DNA of 64,000 nucleotides, from the NCBI RefSeq assembly GCF_009914755.1, contig NC_060925.1. One strand, written 5' to 3'. A program made the position numbers and the translations under genes. Every line of letters starts with the position of its first letter. The stretch's first letter is position 1. Positions 43,251 to 62,064 of the stretch are shown here, one piece after another. The notes beneath the pieces are model-generated. The model ran no database searches, was not told the DNA's origin, and saw nothing but the letters and a program-made list of their open reading frames with translations. The stretch comes from the human T2T-CHM13v2.0 reference genome, Homo sapiens.

Positions 43251-44667
43251 AGTGATGTCACAGACAAAGCTGCCTGGAGGAGGCGGCTTTAGCCAAATGG
43301 GCTTGTGAATACCCCCGCCCCTGAATTAGACTCATCCTCTCTGTCCCTGGCAGTGCTGGACAAGCACAGACCTCCCCAGGGGGCAAAGCCAGCCTGCTGA
43401 GCTCAGCTGCTACTGAAGAACCACCCAGAACATAAGCCCCTCTGCAGGCAGGCTGCACTGAGGACATAGGCTATGCCCAGTGGGAGGCAAGCTGAACAGG
43501 TCCCTCACCCCACACTCGCCCATCAGCTCCGTGGGCAGGAGTCAGGGAGGGACAGAGAGAGGCCAGGCATGTTCGTGGTGGATGCCTTTCCACATTTGGT
43601 TATTAAAAGGCAAGAAATGAGTCTGGTCCAGGCATCTGAAGGCGGGGAGTCTGTCTCAGGCTGAGCATGCACAGGCTTTGATTCTTCATTAATGTCAGCA
43701 TGGCCACCAACTCCCTCGACAAGAATAACAACCCCTCATGTCTGCAGAGAAGTATACATTCTGTCATGTGCTTCCCAGTTGAAGGAGGAGAAACCAAAGG
43801 CCCACAGTCCCGGAGATAAGTGGTGGAGCTGAGGTTTAAGCCCAGGTCTGTCCCACTCCATGGCCAGTGGCTCTTCCATATACCCCAGCTGATAACTAGG
43901 GTAGCATTAGCATTTCAGCTGCGCCAGCAGCACTATCTATATTTGGAAGTTGTATGGGAAAACTTACAAGATGAAAGACCTTTTAAGGTATGTGCATTTT
44001 TACCACAATAAAAGTATAAATACAGCAATAATAAAGAATAGTAAATATAAAATAGTACCCTGTTGTCTACATTTATCAGTAATCTTGTGTTGTTCACAAT
44101 GATGGTGGCTACCGTTTGGAGTGCTGACTCCGTGCTAGGTGCTAGGTGCCGCGCCAAGCACTGTGCATCTCCCTACCGACGTGTGGGGCAGGAGACCCCT
44201 GGGAGACATCTCCCCTCATTTTCTAACCTTTGAGTCTGCAACTCTCAGATGTTTCTTGGGATACCTTAGAGGACCAATGATCTCAAAGAGCTTTCCCTTC
44301 CCCATGCCTCTCTTCTTCCTTACAACATCTGGACAGAGGAGCAGCTGGGCTCCCAGAGGAAGCGCAAGACCTGCAGCCCCTCCACTGACAAGGTCAGGGC
44401 TCAGGGTCTCAAACAGAATCCAAGACTCTTTCTCTGCTTGGCCAAAGGTCAGAGGAATTAGCCTTGGAGTAACTAGTTTATGAGGCCTTGGACAGGTCAC
44501 GGGAGTTCCTCATTCTAGCAAATGGAGGTGAGTTATTGGTATTAGGTTGCTCTGAGGTCTAAATATGAGAATACATATAAAGCAGCTGAGGATAACAAAA
44601 GGTATGGTTATTAGGGGGCAGGAATTGGTCCCTATTCATGTCAGGGAATAACAGAATGCAGCTTACA

Positions 44668-45075
44668 GCAGTGGTTTTCAAAAAAGCACACATTGTCCTT
44701 TCAGCCACTAGATTGCTGGTTCTCAAGCTTTAGCCCCTGGGGGAGGGGGAGCTGTTGAAACAGACTGCTGGCCCCACTCCCCTGGAGTTTCTGATTCTGC
44801 AGCTGCTCTGGCGTGGGGCCTGAGAATTTGCATTCTCAGACGTTCCCAGGTGATGCTGATGCGGCTGGTCTGGAGTCCAGGCTTTGAGAAGCACTGCCCT
44901 TGATCACCAGTTCTCAACTGTGGCTGCACCTTAGCGTGGATCAGGGGGATGCCTCAGCCAGCTCTGAGTCCTGGGTCACACTCTTGGAGATTCTGAGGGT
45001 ACAGCTCCGACACTGGGAGTTTTCCAAGCTCCCAGTTGATTCTAATGTGCAAGCCCAAATTGAGAACCGCTGCCC
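44668..45075. mobile_element. MER5-type hAT-Charlie MITEs (adjacent copies)
   Basis: GGGGCCTGAGAATTTGCATTCT..TTCCCAGGTGATGCTGATGC..CTTTGAGAAGCACTG; second copy ends TTGAGAACCGCTG. Confidence 0.8.
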
Positions 45076-45432
45076 TGAGTAGAGGGAGGAGAGCTAAACG
45101 GGCCTCCTCGTTGAGTGGGCCCGCCTGTAGCATCTGCCACAACCACCAGCCACTAAGAGCAGGCAGCTGTGGGGAGGGGTTTGAGAAAGCCCTATCATTG
45201 CTAACAATAATAAAAGCTAACATTTCTGAAACGTTCACATGGGCCAGGCACTTTCTTCAATACTTTATATCTAATAGTTCATGAAATCCTCATAACAACC
45301 CCATGAGATGATAATGGTATTATTTGCAGTTTACATTTCAGCCTGATATACAAAGAAGTCGGGTCACTTATCAAAGGTCAAACAGCCAGAAAGCAATGGA
45401 GTCAGGATTTGAAAACAGCATACCCACCTCAT

Positions 45433-45723
45433 TTCTTTTTTTGAAACAGAGTCTCGCTCTGTTGCCCAGGCTAGAGTGCAGTGGAACCATCTTACCTCAC
45501 TGCAACCTCCACTTCCGGGTTCAAGTGATTCTCCTGCCTCAGCCTCCGGAGTGGCTGGGACTACAGGCACATACCACCACACCTGGCTAATTTTTGTATT
45601 TTTAGTAGAGACAGCATTTCCCCATATTGACCAGGCTGGTCTCGATCTCCTGACCTCAAGTGATCTGCCCGCCTTGGCCTCCCAAAGTGCTGAGATTACA
45701 GGTGTGAGCCCCCACACCTGACT
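45433..45723 (-). mobile_element. Alu
   Basis: Reverse Alu. Confidence 0.95.
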
Positions 45724-46658
45724 GGGTCCTAGTTCTTGACCACTGGGCTAAGCAGAATGTATTTATGATTAATTATTGTGAAATTAAAAAAAAGGTTTTG
45801 TGGGAGAAAAACTCATTTTGTGTCTACTCTTTGCTCTGGAAGCTTTTCAGGGGCATTGGGCCAAATATGATACAATGCTGACTTTCAAATATCTGATTTA
45901 CCTTTTCCAAAGCACATTTGCAGATGTGATCTTATTTTGACAGCCCCAACAACATGATCTCTCTCTACCACTCTTCCCTCAACCCCTGCTCCAGTGAAAT
46001 AAACAACTTCACCATTCATTTCAACTCACCCAACATTTACTAAGTATGTACTTTGTGCCAGCCACCAGGCTACAGCTTGAGGACATAGAGATGTCAAGAC
46101 CGTGAGACTCAGAGAGGCAGTGACCTGGCCAGGGGTGAGTTAAAGGCAGAGCCTGGGCCCGGCTCATCTAATGCTCTCATCTTGGAGGAGCTGAGGGATG
46201 AACAGGAAAGGAAGGTGGTCCTGCAGGAGCTGCAACAGTGCTCTTGCCTGCTTTGGGACTGGCATGGCCTCTGATGGCTCCTGGAGAAAAGACTCCAAGT
46301 TGGGAGCTGGCAGGAATTAGAAGAGGGGCATGAATGCCCAGGCTTAGAGCAAGAACTTATGAGCTCCTGCTCAGACAAAAACCTTGGCCCAGCTCCTTCT
46401 GGCCTCCACGTACCCTCCTCACCCCTTCTCTACCCCCAGGCAGGCAGCTTTCCTATCTAAAAGGGCAATTACTCCAAGCAACCAGGAAGGCCAGAACCAG
46501 GGGACAAATTTCCCAACATGACTCTGGTCTGGACTTTAACCTTCAAATGACAGTCTATTCACAATCCTTGTGTCTGTTCACAATGTTAACATGTAAATGT
46601 GAACATAGTCAATAACCACAATTTTTGTTACCCTGTTAGGGCACATCTCTTTTTTTAA

Positions 46659-47213
<555 letters not shown>

Positions 47214-48769
47214 ATGTCCCAGTTCTTAAGCAGCTCATGTCTACTTACAGCGTCAGCCACCACCTTTATGCAGGCCACCCCAGCCCAGACCTCTCCCACC
47301 CAGCCCCACCCAGAGGTCTCACAAGCATCTCAGATGCTGAGGCTCCAACTCTGAACTAACCACCTTTCCCTTGAAATCTGCCCCACCCGTATTCCCTCTC
47401 CCCCAACCTTTAGTTGCTCAAGCCAGAAACATAGGTGTTACCCCAAGCAGATTCCTCTCCATCACCCCCACAACCTCCAGTAAACCAGTAGGGCCCATCA
47501 CTTCTACCTGTCCTTTACCTTTCTTGAACCCATCCCTTTTCCTCTCCCTTCCACCACCACATGAAGACGACCTCATCATTTCAGCCCTCATCCATCAGAA
47601 CCTCTCCCCTTCAGTTCACGCTTTTCTTCGACAAGTGTGTGAACACTCACTGTGGGCCTGGCACTCTACCCTGGGCTGGGGTGCAGCATTGAGCAAGACA
47701 GCCAAGATTCTGTCACCGGCATGACTGCACGAAAACCACTTTGACCACACTTCTCCCTTGCTCTGATCCCTGGGTGGCTGCAAACTGCCCCTGAGTTCAA
47801 GTGCAAACTCCCTCATGCAGGTATTCACATTCCTGGACCTTCCAACCACCCCTGATCCTTCCAGATGGGTCTGTCATTGTGCCCTGCCCAGGCTGATCCA
47901 AACAAGCTTTTGGCCATCCTCCCAAACACCAGCTCAAAGACCCCCTCCTCCACAAAGCTTCCCTGCCTGAGTCAAGCACCCCACCTGGCAGGGTGAGTTT
48001 TGCCTTCTTCTGGAATCCCATTGAAACCCAGGATTTGTGTGCCTGCCTCCCAGACTGGGCGGTGATTCCAGGCGCTCAGGGGACTGAGCCATCGCCAAGC
48101 CCAGAACCTGGCACTGATGGGCATCAATGTGTTGTGTTGATGGATGGACAGACAGAGGGGTGGGTAGAGCAAAGTCCAACTGCCCTTTTCATTCACTCGG
48201 CCCAGTGCCTATGCCTTTGTAGTTTTCTGGAAGTCCCTCCAGCTGTCTAACCTCCCCTGCTGGCATTATGGAAGCTCATGCCCAATTGTTCTCTAAATCT
48301 GTCCCCTTCCCTTCCCCAAAGCCCAGACCGTCCTGCCTTTCCCTTGACTGGGCAACAAGTCAACAAGAACAAAGGTCTGGTGAGGCCAACCAGGGAAAGG
48401 CCAGCCCGGGCCTCTCGGGATCTCAAGCCCTCGGCCTGTGTGTGTGCCAGAGCTTCCCACAGACTCGGGAAGAAGGTGCCGGAGGCTTGCCGGGCGGCCT
48501 TGCGGTTTGAAGCAGTGAGTCACCTTCTGGCTGCAAGTCAAGGAACTCTCACTGCGCCCTTGTTTGGACAAGACGAGGAGGCGCACTCAGAGTCAGAGAC
48601 CCCGGGGCAGAGACAGGGGCAAGAAGAAGGGGCCACCGAGACCCCAAGAGAGTCAGGGAGACAGACGCACCAAACGACCGACACAACCAGGGACAGGTAC
48701 GGCACGCAGAGAGAGAGGAGAAGGACAGAGGTAGCCAGCCCAGAACTGAGAGGGAGAGCGGGGAGCGCA

Positions 48770-49040
48770 GGGAGAGGAATCGCGCCGCCGGTGTAGACAG
48801 CTGGGCTCCCTGCGCATGCTCTGTCCTCCCCCTCGCGGCTCCCACCGCAGGCCCGGACCCAGAAGTGGACAAAAATGGAGCCAATGGGCTTCCAGACCGG
48901 GACATTACCTCACCAGCACCGGCTGCCATTGGCCGGCGCCCCCGCCGGGGCGGGCTGTTGCTATGACAGCCCAGGCCGGCGTTGCAGAGGGATGCTCGGA
49001 GGAAGCTCCGGGCGGGAGAGCCGCGTCCACTCCTCTTTCC
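48770..49040. promoter_or_regulatory. CpG-rich promoter-like element
   Basis: NRF1-like TGCGCATGCT (48811), CCAAT boxes (48881 +, 48928 -), GC box GGGGCGGG (48947), X-box GTTGCTATGACAGC (48957-48970). Confidence 0.7.
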
Positions 49041-50156
49041 AGACTATGATGGGGCCCAGGGACCCCTCCCCTCCGACTGAGCCCCATAGACCCCCTACTC
49101 AGGCCAGAAGGGGAAAGCTGAGCTCCTGCTGGCCCAGGCATCAGAATTCCTGTAAAGACGCCCATTCGGCCCTCTCCCTCAACCTGGCCCACAGTCCCTT
49201 GCCAAGACCACCCCGCCCCCAAAACCTGGAACCACACACTCATCCATACACCCTGCAAACAGCAATGAGCACCCTCCAGCATCCAGGTGCACCTGGGCTC
49301 TGCAGACGCAAAGATGAGTCCACCTCCACCCCTGCCCTCACAAAGCCCCCCACCCCCACAGTCTGATCAAGCAAGCAGTCCAGGAGAAAATGGCAAGGCA
49401 GTGTGTTAAGGATTAAAATAGAGGGAGCACGGAGGTTGTGGGAACACAGAGGAGGGGTCCCTATCCAACCTACCGAATCAGGAGGACTGCTGGGAGAAAG
49501 GGATACAGAGCCAGGACCTGAAAGAGCCAGATGAGGAACGGTGGGGAAGGGATTCTCAGCAGAGGGGACAGCCTGCGCAAAGACTGGAGGCAGTAAAAAG
49601 CAAGGAACACTCGAGGCACTATGGCAGGAAATTAGATGGTGGGGTTCGGGGTGTTGGAGAGGAGGAGGAGTTTAAAGTAAAGCTGAAAGGGGAAGCAGGA
49701 ACAAGATCCCAAAGGGCTTGAATGTCGTGCTAAGGGATCTTGGACCACATTCTCAGGCAGTTGGGGGATGGAAGGGGAGAGGGCTATGATTAGGTTTGCA
49801 TTTTAGGAAGATCTCCACTCTTGCAGCTGTGTGGAGGATGGGCTGGAGGGGACTAGGAGACCAGTCATTGCAGGGACTGGGGAAAGTCAGGGCAGGGGGG
49901 ACTAAGGCTACCCGAGCTGGAGTAGAGATGGAGAGACCCAAACTCAGGAGGAGGTGTAAAGGACGTGGAGCCATAGTTCAGGTGACTGAGGAGATGGCAC
50001 CAACTCACCTGGGAGGCTCTGAGGGCTTCTCTGGCAGCCAGATAGGATCACCGCTCTCCTTCCATATGATATTTGTGTCAGCTTGTGTATGCAACTTTCG
50101 TTTCAAGAATCATGCTGCATTGAAAAGATGTCTATCTCTTTTCACATCTCCCCACC

Positions 50157-50159
<3 letters not shown>

Positions 50160-50199
<40 letters not shown>
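50160..50199 (+). repeat. (CA)n microsatellite
   Basis: Direct reading. Confidence 0.97.
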
Positions 50200-50202
<3 letters not shown>

Positions 50203-50817
50203 GCTGTGATTCACCTCCGTTCCCAGCACTCAACACAGAGCTTCGTCCCAAGTACGCTTCCACAAATCCAAACCCCCATCAGCCCCCTCCCCATTACCCT
50301 TACCCCAGCCTCCACCCACTCCTCCCAGCCTCTGCACTTCCTTTCCAACCTCCATGCACCTGCTTCCCATCTCTTTAGTCATGTCGTAGCCACCACCTAG
50401 GAGCTGGGACTGCCCCCCTGCTCACCATGTCTGCCCTTCCTATCACCCCTCAGCAGGGAGGAAAAGTTGCCTATCTGTTGGGTCAGATTTCTGAAGACTG
50501 ATGAGGCCCATTTTCTGGTAAGCGGGGTCATTACAGTGCAATCATTGGGTTGTTATGAGAATTAAATAAGGTTTGTTGCCTGGCACATGTAACTATCCAA
50601 TCAATCAGCTATAGTAATGGCATTATTATGGGTGTTAGAGGAGGATGGAGAGGGCTGGTGAGGACTCCAGTGTGGCATAGCCCTGCTTTGGGATACCGGT
50701 GTTTGCTTCACTCATTACAGAGTGGTGTCTTGACTTCTCATTTGTCACACGTACTTGTTATTCACTCTCTCGAGGAAAAACATGAAACAAAGTAGATGGT
50801 GGGACAAGAGTCCTGGG

Positions 50818-51131
50818 TTTTTATTTTTATTATTATTATTATTATTTTTGAGACAGAGTCTCACTCTTGTCACCCAGGCTGGAGTGAAATGACATGATCT
50901 CAGCTCACTGAAACTTCTGCCTCCCAGGTTCAAGCAATTCTCCTGCCTCAGCCTCGCGAGTAGCTGGGATTACAGGTAGGTGCCACCAAGCCCTGCTAAT
51001 TTTTGTATTTTTAGTAGAGATGGGGTTTTGCCATGTTGGCCAGGCTGGTGTCAAACTCCTGACCTCAAGTGAACCACCTGCCTCGGCCTCCCAGAGTGCT
51101 GGGATTACAGGCATCAGCCACCATGCCCAGC
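50818..51131 (-). mobile_element. Alu
   Basis: Reverse Alu; TSD-like GAGTCCTGG. Confidence 0.95.
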
Positions 51132-51949
51132 TGAGTCCTGGATTTTTGTCATAATACCACATGAATACCGTCAAACTCTCACGGAAATCCCTGATGCAGT
51201 GGTTACAGATGTCCTCTCCCAATGAATCAAGACAGGACAATTGAGTGGCTTCTTAAATGTCAAAAGAATCAACTCAGATCTTCCAATTAAGGAACCTTCA
51301 GGATGTCAGAGCTGGCAATGCCCTTAGAATCCTCTTATTCAACCTTTGGTTTGACATATGAGGAAACTGAGGGCCAGAGAAGGCAAGTGACTGCTCAGAG
51401 TCACACAGTTGGGTTGACCAGCAGAACCAGAGTCTTTTTAGGCACCCAGTTTCCCCCTCACTGCACTTTCCCAAATCCGGTCTGTCTTGCAACTGAACAG
51501 TGACTAGAACCTCCTCTAGCCAGGGCACATGTAGGCCCTTCACATACTGTTACATTAAACATTCACGACAGCCCTGCAGGATGGCTATTGTTAATCCTAT
51601 CTGAAAGGTCCAGAGAGAGAAAGTATCTCCTCCAAGACCACACAGTGTTACTGAATTGAACCCAGGCCTGTCAGGTTCCAAGGCCCATGTTCTTGGCATA
51701 GCAATGTGTTGACTCTAGGACTGCTCAGGTGGTTTATTTAGAACTTGTGGGCATCAGAGTGATTTGCCAATATAATCACTAAAAGAAGAGGTGAATCTGC
51801 TACTTGATGAAAACAAAAGAGGGCCTAGAATCTTCTGCACATCAGTGCTTCATGTACCTGCCCTGTTGTGTGGAAGCGCTCCTCTAAAAGCAGTAGGAGT
51901 CAAAGGGTTATGCCCCATCTGAGGGTATAGAAGAGAACCAGCTAGGCTT

Positions 51950-53230
51950 GGGCATATTTTCTGAGTGAGGCACCACCACCCAAGTTCTCTGAGTAGAGGG
52001 TCCTCGGAAGGAGACACAGGAGAGTGTGTTTTTATTTTTATTTTTATTTTGAGATGGATTCTCATTCTGCTGCCCAGGCTGGAGTGCAATGGCATGATCT
52101 TGGCTCACTGCAACCTCCACTCCCAGGTTCAAGCGATTCTCCTGCCTCAGCCTCCCAAGTAGATGGGATTACCAGTGTCTGCCACAATGCCCAGCTAATT
52201 TTTTGTATTTTTAGTAGAGACACGGTTTCACCATGTTGGCCAGGCTGGTCTTGAACTCCTGACCTCAAGTGATCTACCCACCTCCGCCTCCTAAAGTGTT
52301 GGGATTACAGGCTAGAGTATGTTTTAATGAGGTCTCTGCATGAGTATGGATCTTGAAGTGATCATAGGTTCAGGATCTCTTGCAGAAAGGGCCAAGTGGG
52401 TGATATCTATAAGGACAAATCAACTGCATTAACTTCATTGTCACTGGAGGCTCCCACAGCACAGTGCCCTACAGCCTTTTCCAGCCTTTGATGGAGGAAG
52501 GGCAGTGTCCCTCAGCACTGGAAGAGATGCCATCCTTTATAGCAAAAAAATGGATTGTTCTACATCTTCAAGAGGTTCTATTTCTAGCTCTAGAAAACAC
52601 TATGACTGTTGATCAGCAAAAAATTTTGCTGTATCTGGCTCTGGAAATATCTCTGTCCTTGGCTCTGGAAAATGTTCCAGAGACATTTATAGTCCCACAA
52701 CATTGTTGGCTCTAGGGAAAACTCCATGGCTCCAGAGGACTTTCTGCTCCTAGTTTTGGAATTCTGCAACCTGTTTCTGGAAGACCCTTCCTCACCGGTT
52801 TTGCACTGTCCTGCCCTCCTGGCTCCAGATTATCCAATCCCATTTCTGGAGGACACTCTGACTGTGAAGCCAAAGAACTCTCTATACATGGCTCTGGAGG
52901 GCTGATTCTCTGTAAAGATGGAGAACCACTTGACTGGCCTGGAAGACTGACTGTCCATACTCTTCTTCCAAGATCTGGACTTGACATCCCTGGCCCAAAA
53001 AGATTGACTATATAGGGACCTGAAGGGCCTCTCTAGCTGACATGCTGTAATATCATATTTCACAAGTGCTGTCTTGACCCAGTTTTGAGATCCTGGCTAA
53101 AACCTCTCAATTCCTCCTTGTGGGCACTTTGCTCAGCCTACACCTTAACCCCTCCAAACTCTAGGCATGGAGCTGTCTGTGCCCCTGGATCTAGACAACT
53201 CTTTGGAATAACCTTCATTCCTGGCTTCTG
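51950..53230 (+). pseudogene. Decayed coding-like block, copy A (leader + octapeptide repeats), interrupted by an Alu
   Basis: Units LEEMPSFI/AKKWIVLH/LQEVLFLA/LENTMTVD at 52518, 52542, 52566, 52590; aligns by eye to copies B and C; stops and frameshifts. Confidence 0.6.
52029..52311 (-). mobile_element. Alu, 5'-truncated
   Basis: Reverse Alu; TSD-like AGAGTGTGTTTTA / AGAGTATGTTTTA. Confidence 0.95.
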
Positions 53231-53649
53231 GAGTAGGAGGGGGAAATTTGGATAGATTGGAGGGATGGGAAGATAAGAGGAAGCACGGAATGGTTGCTGT
53301 GGCATCTGTTCTGATCAGCAACCTGAGCTGGATTTAAGTTCCATGGTCACAGGTTAGCGGCCACAATTGTTCAAATTTCATTTACATGAGCAGCCTGATG
53401 AGGTTCTGGGTTCAACAGGAAGAACTAATTTTGGTTCTGCAGTGCATGAGGCCTAGAGTGGGGGAAATGGAAGCTGTTCTCCCCATAGCTGTTGACCCCA
53501 GCAAGGTTCATGGAGTCTGAAGGTGAGGCATACTGGCCAAGATGTGCAGCATGATGGGCCCCGGCCAAGCCACTTTATGGCCAAAAACATGGACAAGCGG
53601 AGCCAGGGCAGAAAAGAGGGCACATGACAAAATTCCCATGAGGTCTGCA

Positions 53650-54342
<693 letters not shown>

Positions 54343-55320
54343 ACTTATCGAAGATTTATGAGTGCCTACTGTGTTCTAAGATGTTCTAAGAACTAGGACT
54401 GTGAGACTGAACAAGAGTGGAATAGTGGATGGGGTCAGAGAGATTGGCAGAAGCAAAGCCATACAGGACCTTTTAAGCCATAGGAAGAAGTTTGGGTTTC
54501 AGTCTGATTTCAATGCTAAGAGCCTCTTATTCAGGGAAGGGAAGGATGTGATTTATGACTTGGGCTCTATGACAGATGAAGTCTAGCAGGCTGTAATAGA
54601 AAGGAGGGAGAGAGGGGGCTATTTGAAGACTTCAAGCTGGAGATGACAGACTGAAGCTGGTGGGGAGGGGTTTACTGTTATAACATTAGGGTCTGATGAT
54701 GGTAGGACGGACACACTGACCTCTGATGAGATGAAAAGCAGAACTCTATTACTTACAGCATCAAGTGGGAGAAAGTTGCCATGCGGGGCCGTGTCCCTAC
54801 ATGCAACCCCCTGGTTGCACCCAGGACAGGGGAACAGCAAGCTGGAATGTAGGAGGCAGCTTCTCTATGGCAAGTGGAGTGGGGTTAGCAGGTGTAGGGG
54901 CTTCCTGTGGGTTGGGAATTTTGAGTGATTTCACAGACCCAAGGAAGAAGTATTCATCCCTTGATGTTTAGCAAATAATTCCTGGAAGTTGTGTGTATTG
55001 TTGTGACCCAAGAGTGTTAGAGCCCAGTAAGGAAAGGGGTTGGGGTGCAGGCTGAGCAAAGTGCCCGCAAAGAGGAATTGAGAGTTTTTCGCCAAGATCT
55101 CAAAATTGGGTCAAGAGAGCCCTTGTGAAATATGGTATAACAGCGTGCTAGCTAGAGAGCTGTGGGCGTGATCAGGATCTGCTTTAGAGGTAGAGCTGAC
55201 GGGACTTCCAATGGACTGGACGTGAGAGAAAGAGGAATCTTGACCATGGACTTCCAGAATCAGAGGGCTCTGATTTTGAAACCATGCTTCTCATCAGATA
55301 CAAATAAAGATGTTTGATAA

Positions 55321-55616
<296 letters not shown>

Positions 55617-55689
55617 ATTTGATAATCTTTTAAAAACTTATTCAAATAAATGAAGGGCTAACAAGATAGTAAGAAATAACCAGGGCTAG

Positions 55690-57672
<1,983 letters not shown>

Positions 57673-59795
57673 CATTAGGTTTTAATGTAAGAAATTACAC
57701 AACTGGGTCATTGTATGGGAATGAAGTGAAACCCAGTAGCTTTGAATCCCCAAGCTACTGGGGCATCAAGAGACGGGTCATTGCAAGGAAAGGATGTAGG
57801 ATGCAGAAAATTGAAACATGTATTATTGGTTAACTCCTAGACAAACGGCAAGAGTTTAGAAAGTACCAGTGACGTGCCTGATAGAATCTCACCACAAGAT
57901 GGAAGCCAACTCGTCAGAAGCCTGGAAAGCCCACCCAGCGTGGGACCTCTGTGGGTCCAGGATCTTGGAATGGCATCCCATGGTTCAATCTTCTGGATTC
58001 AACCACATAAATTTACCCCACCCATGTCGTGGACCCAAGCTTCCTACCATGTATACTTAGCTTAAATGCAAGATAGTACTATTTTGTTCATCTTGATTGG
58101 AGTGAGAAATGAATAGGTCCATGCACATATATTTCTTTTACCACAACAAGATGATGAAGAAATAAATCCATAATATCGATACTTTTGTATAAGTTGTGTT
58201 TACAGTTGCGGTAAGAAATTTTATAATTGTTGATTTGCTTTATATAATTTCTGCTTGCTTTTTATGATATTTAAAACAAAATCTAAGCAACAAATTTTAT
58301 GTCTGATTAGATTTACAGAAGCTGCTTAAGTGCTTAGGGATAATTTGTTCATCATATTTGTAAGTCTCCCTTGTTAGGTGTTTGAAGTGTTTGAATTGGC
58401 TAAATTAAATTTGTAATTGTAGTTTGAAATATCTAAAGGAATTTTCTTAATTAAGTGTTTAAATGATGTTAAAAGTTTGTGGGAATTTAATCTATCAAAT
58501 TTATGAGTTAATTGAATATGAATCAATGAACAAGTAAATGTGATCTTGCTTTTATATAAAAACTACTAAGTTCATAAATAAAATACAAAGATCCATAAGT
58601 TGAGAGGAAAAGCAAAAGAGCCAGATTCTAAGATCTATAACTTAAAAAAATTAAATATTGATTGAAATGTAAGTCATTGCAATTATCCCCACTAGCTGAA
58701 ATCTCACATCTGAGTGCTTACACACAAAACAAAATGTTACCCTGAACATACTAAACAAATAAAAAACCACGTGGTAATTACTATACACATGCTCACTGCT
58801 GGAAGCATTCATACTGCACTCAAATCCAGGTGGGAGAATGCAGCGTGTGCTACAGGTGAATCTCGGCTGTTCTCTTATGGGGATCAGGTCTTTTTCTTAA
58901 TTATCTTCCACGGATTTTTCTTCCTTTACCCAGAGACCTGGAGGCCCTCCCAGCCCAGGTCCAATTCAGATGGATACATACTTAACATCACTAACCTATT
59001 GATTTGCTTGTTTATTTACACTGCAGCACATGTTTGTTGTGGTGCAGAAGGAAAACCTCCTTCACATCTTATACTGAATAATATCAATGCACAGAAACCT
59101 ACCCACTGATTGTTTGCTTAGGGTTAAGTTACTGGGTGATTTTAAAATAATAACAATGTTTTTATTTGCTTCCATTAAAACGCTTTGTTTTAGGCAGAAG
59201 TCCTTGAAAGGTTGCTAGATAGGTGTTAACAATGCTTTTGAGATATTTGAGTTCATTTGTTGGGAGTTGGGTGGGCCCGGAATGCCATAGACTCAAACAT
59301 TTTTCCTTCCAACACATCTTCGGGAACAGATTCAGTTGATGTGGTGGAAATTCTTGTACTTCCCTTCTGGGCACAGAGTGCTTCTCAGAGAGAGAAGGAA
59401 GGCTTTGCTTCTCTCTTGTCACTGGAACATTTAATTTCCTATTTGTTTTTCATCTCTGTCTGGGAAATCTCCAGGGAGGACGATTGATTTGCCAAGAGGT
59501 GTCTTCTATTCCAAGGCCTTGGCCAAGTCACCATATTTACACCATCAGAACCTCACCTAGCCCCTTCAACAAAGGATGTAATTGTAGATATTGAGAAATG
59601 ATTCCACTCTCCCTGCTTGAAGGACTGGCTTTGGGGCAGCTTTCTGAAGGCCAAGCTTCAGTTCGTAGGATGTTAATACATGTCTGAGCAGATGAGGGTA
59701 TTAGTTGTGCCATCCATGTTTTAACCCTTGATTTTACAGTGTGGAAACTTGAGGGTCACGGGAGGAAGCCAGGCCTTCCCACGGCACCCTGTTAA

Positions 59796-60363
<568 letters not shown>

Positions 60364-60381
60364 TGTGTCTTACATTTACTA

Positions 60382-60750
<369 letters not shown>

Positions 60751-61341
60751 CTATATTATTGCCATGTGTCAAACGAGGATACTAAAGCCCAGGTCAAGTA
60801 ACTTGTCCAAGGATCCCAACATGATTCTGATGATACCAAAGTCCTTATTTATTCCAAAATCTAGGTTTATTGACTGCTACTTATTTAGAGCACCTGAACA
60901 AGTTACCGAGAATTTACCAACATAAAGATGAAAGGAGGAGAAGTTAACACTGGTCGACAACAGAGGCCCCAAAGTCCATTACATGCATAGGATTCATGCA
61001 GATAACTTGATTGCAGACTTTTGTTTTCACAATAGTAAAATCACTCAATGAGTTTTCACTCTGACCTTGGGGGCCTAGAACTTGATCATCTTTGGGGGTT
61101 GATTTATCGGCTGAGACACTGTGAGATTTGTCACACTCTGTCTGGAAGCTGCAACCAAGGAGAGAGAGGTTTGATGGGGTCTCAGTATGAACGGAGGTCC
61201 TGAAGTGTCAAGCAGCCCGAACACCAACATCCTTTGCCTGTGAAGGAGATGCCATTCTCGACTCTTGAATGAGAGATGATCCTTCATCTTGAAAATTTTC
61301 TTTACCTACCTCTGGAAAAGTCTATGACTATGAATTGGGGT

Positions 61342-61802
61342 TGTGAACCCCAAAAATCTGAGACAGGTGTCAATTTATAAAGTTGATTTTGCCAAGGTTG
61401 AGGACACATGCCCGTGACAGCCTCAGGAGGTCCTGGTGACATGGGCCCAAGGTGGTCAGAGCACAGTTTGGTTTTATACATTCTAGGGAGACATGAGATA
61501 TGAATATATGAATATATGTAGGATGAACATGGGTTCAGTCTGGAAAGGCGGGACGACTCGAAGCAAAGACGTAAGACTTGAAGTGGGGAGGGGGCTTCCA
61601 GGTCACAGGTAGTTAAGAGACAAATGGTTGGATTCTTTTGAGTTTCTCATCAGCCTCTCCAAAGGAGACAATCAGTTATGCATTTATCTCATTGAGCAGA
61701 AGGGTGACTTTGAATAGAATGGGAGGCAGGTTGACCCTAAGCAGTTCCCAGCTTGACTTTTCCCTTTAGCTTAGTGATTTGGGGGCCCCAATATTTATTT
61801 TC
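61342..61802 (-). mobile_element. ERV1 solo LTR (MER4A/MER4A1-like)
   Basis: Minus strand GAAAATAAATATTGGGGCCCCCAAATCACTAAGCTAAAGGGAAAAGTCAAGCTGGGAACTGC matches the MER4A 5' end as I recall it. Confidence 0.85.
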
Positions 61803-62064
61803 TGTTTCTGGCTTAAGAAAATTCTCAATCCCAGCTCTGGAAAATGTTATTCTTAGATCTGAGAAAACTTCTATTCGGGGCTCTGGAAAACCCTCCATCC
61901 CAAGGTGTAGAAAACATTTCTTGTGACTATAAAAATACTCTGCCCAGGGTTCTAGAAAATACAATGCCCCAAAATCTAGAAAATCTTTCATCATGAGGTC
62001 AGGAAAACCCATTGCCCTTGGCTGTGGCACATTCCCTACCCCTATATCTGTAGATGTCTGAGCC

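Noticed and set aside
59162-59422. 86-aa minus-strand ORF ending at an AATAAA
   Set aside because: No recognisable homology, an upstream in-frame stop and no clear splice acceptor.
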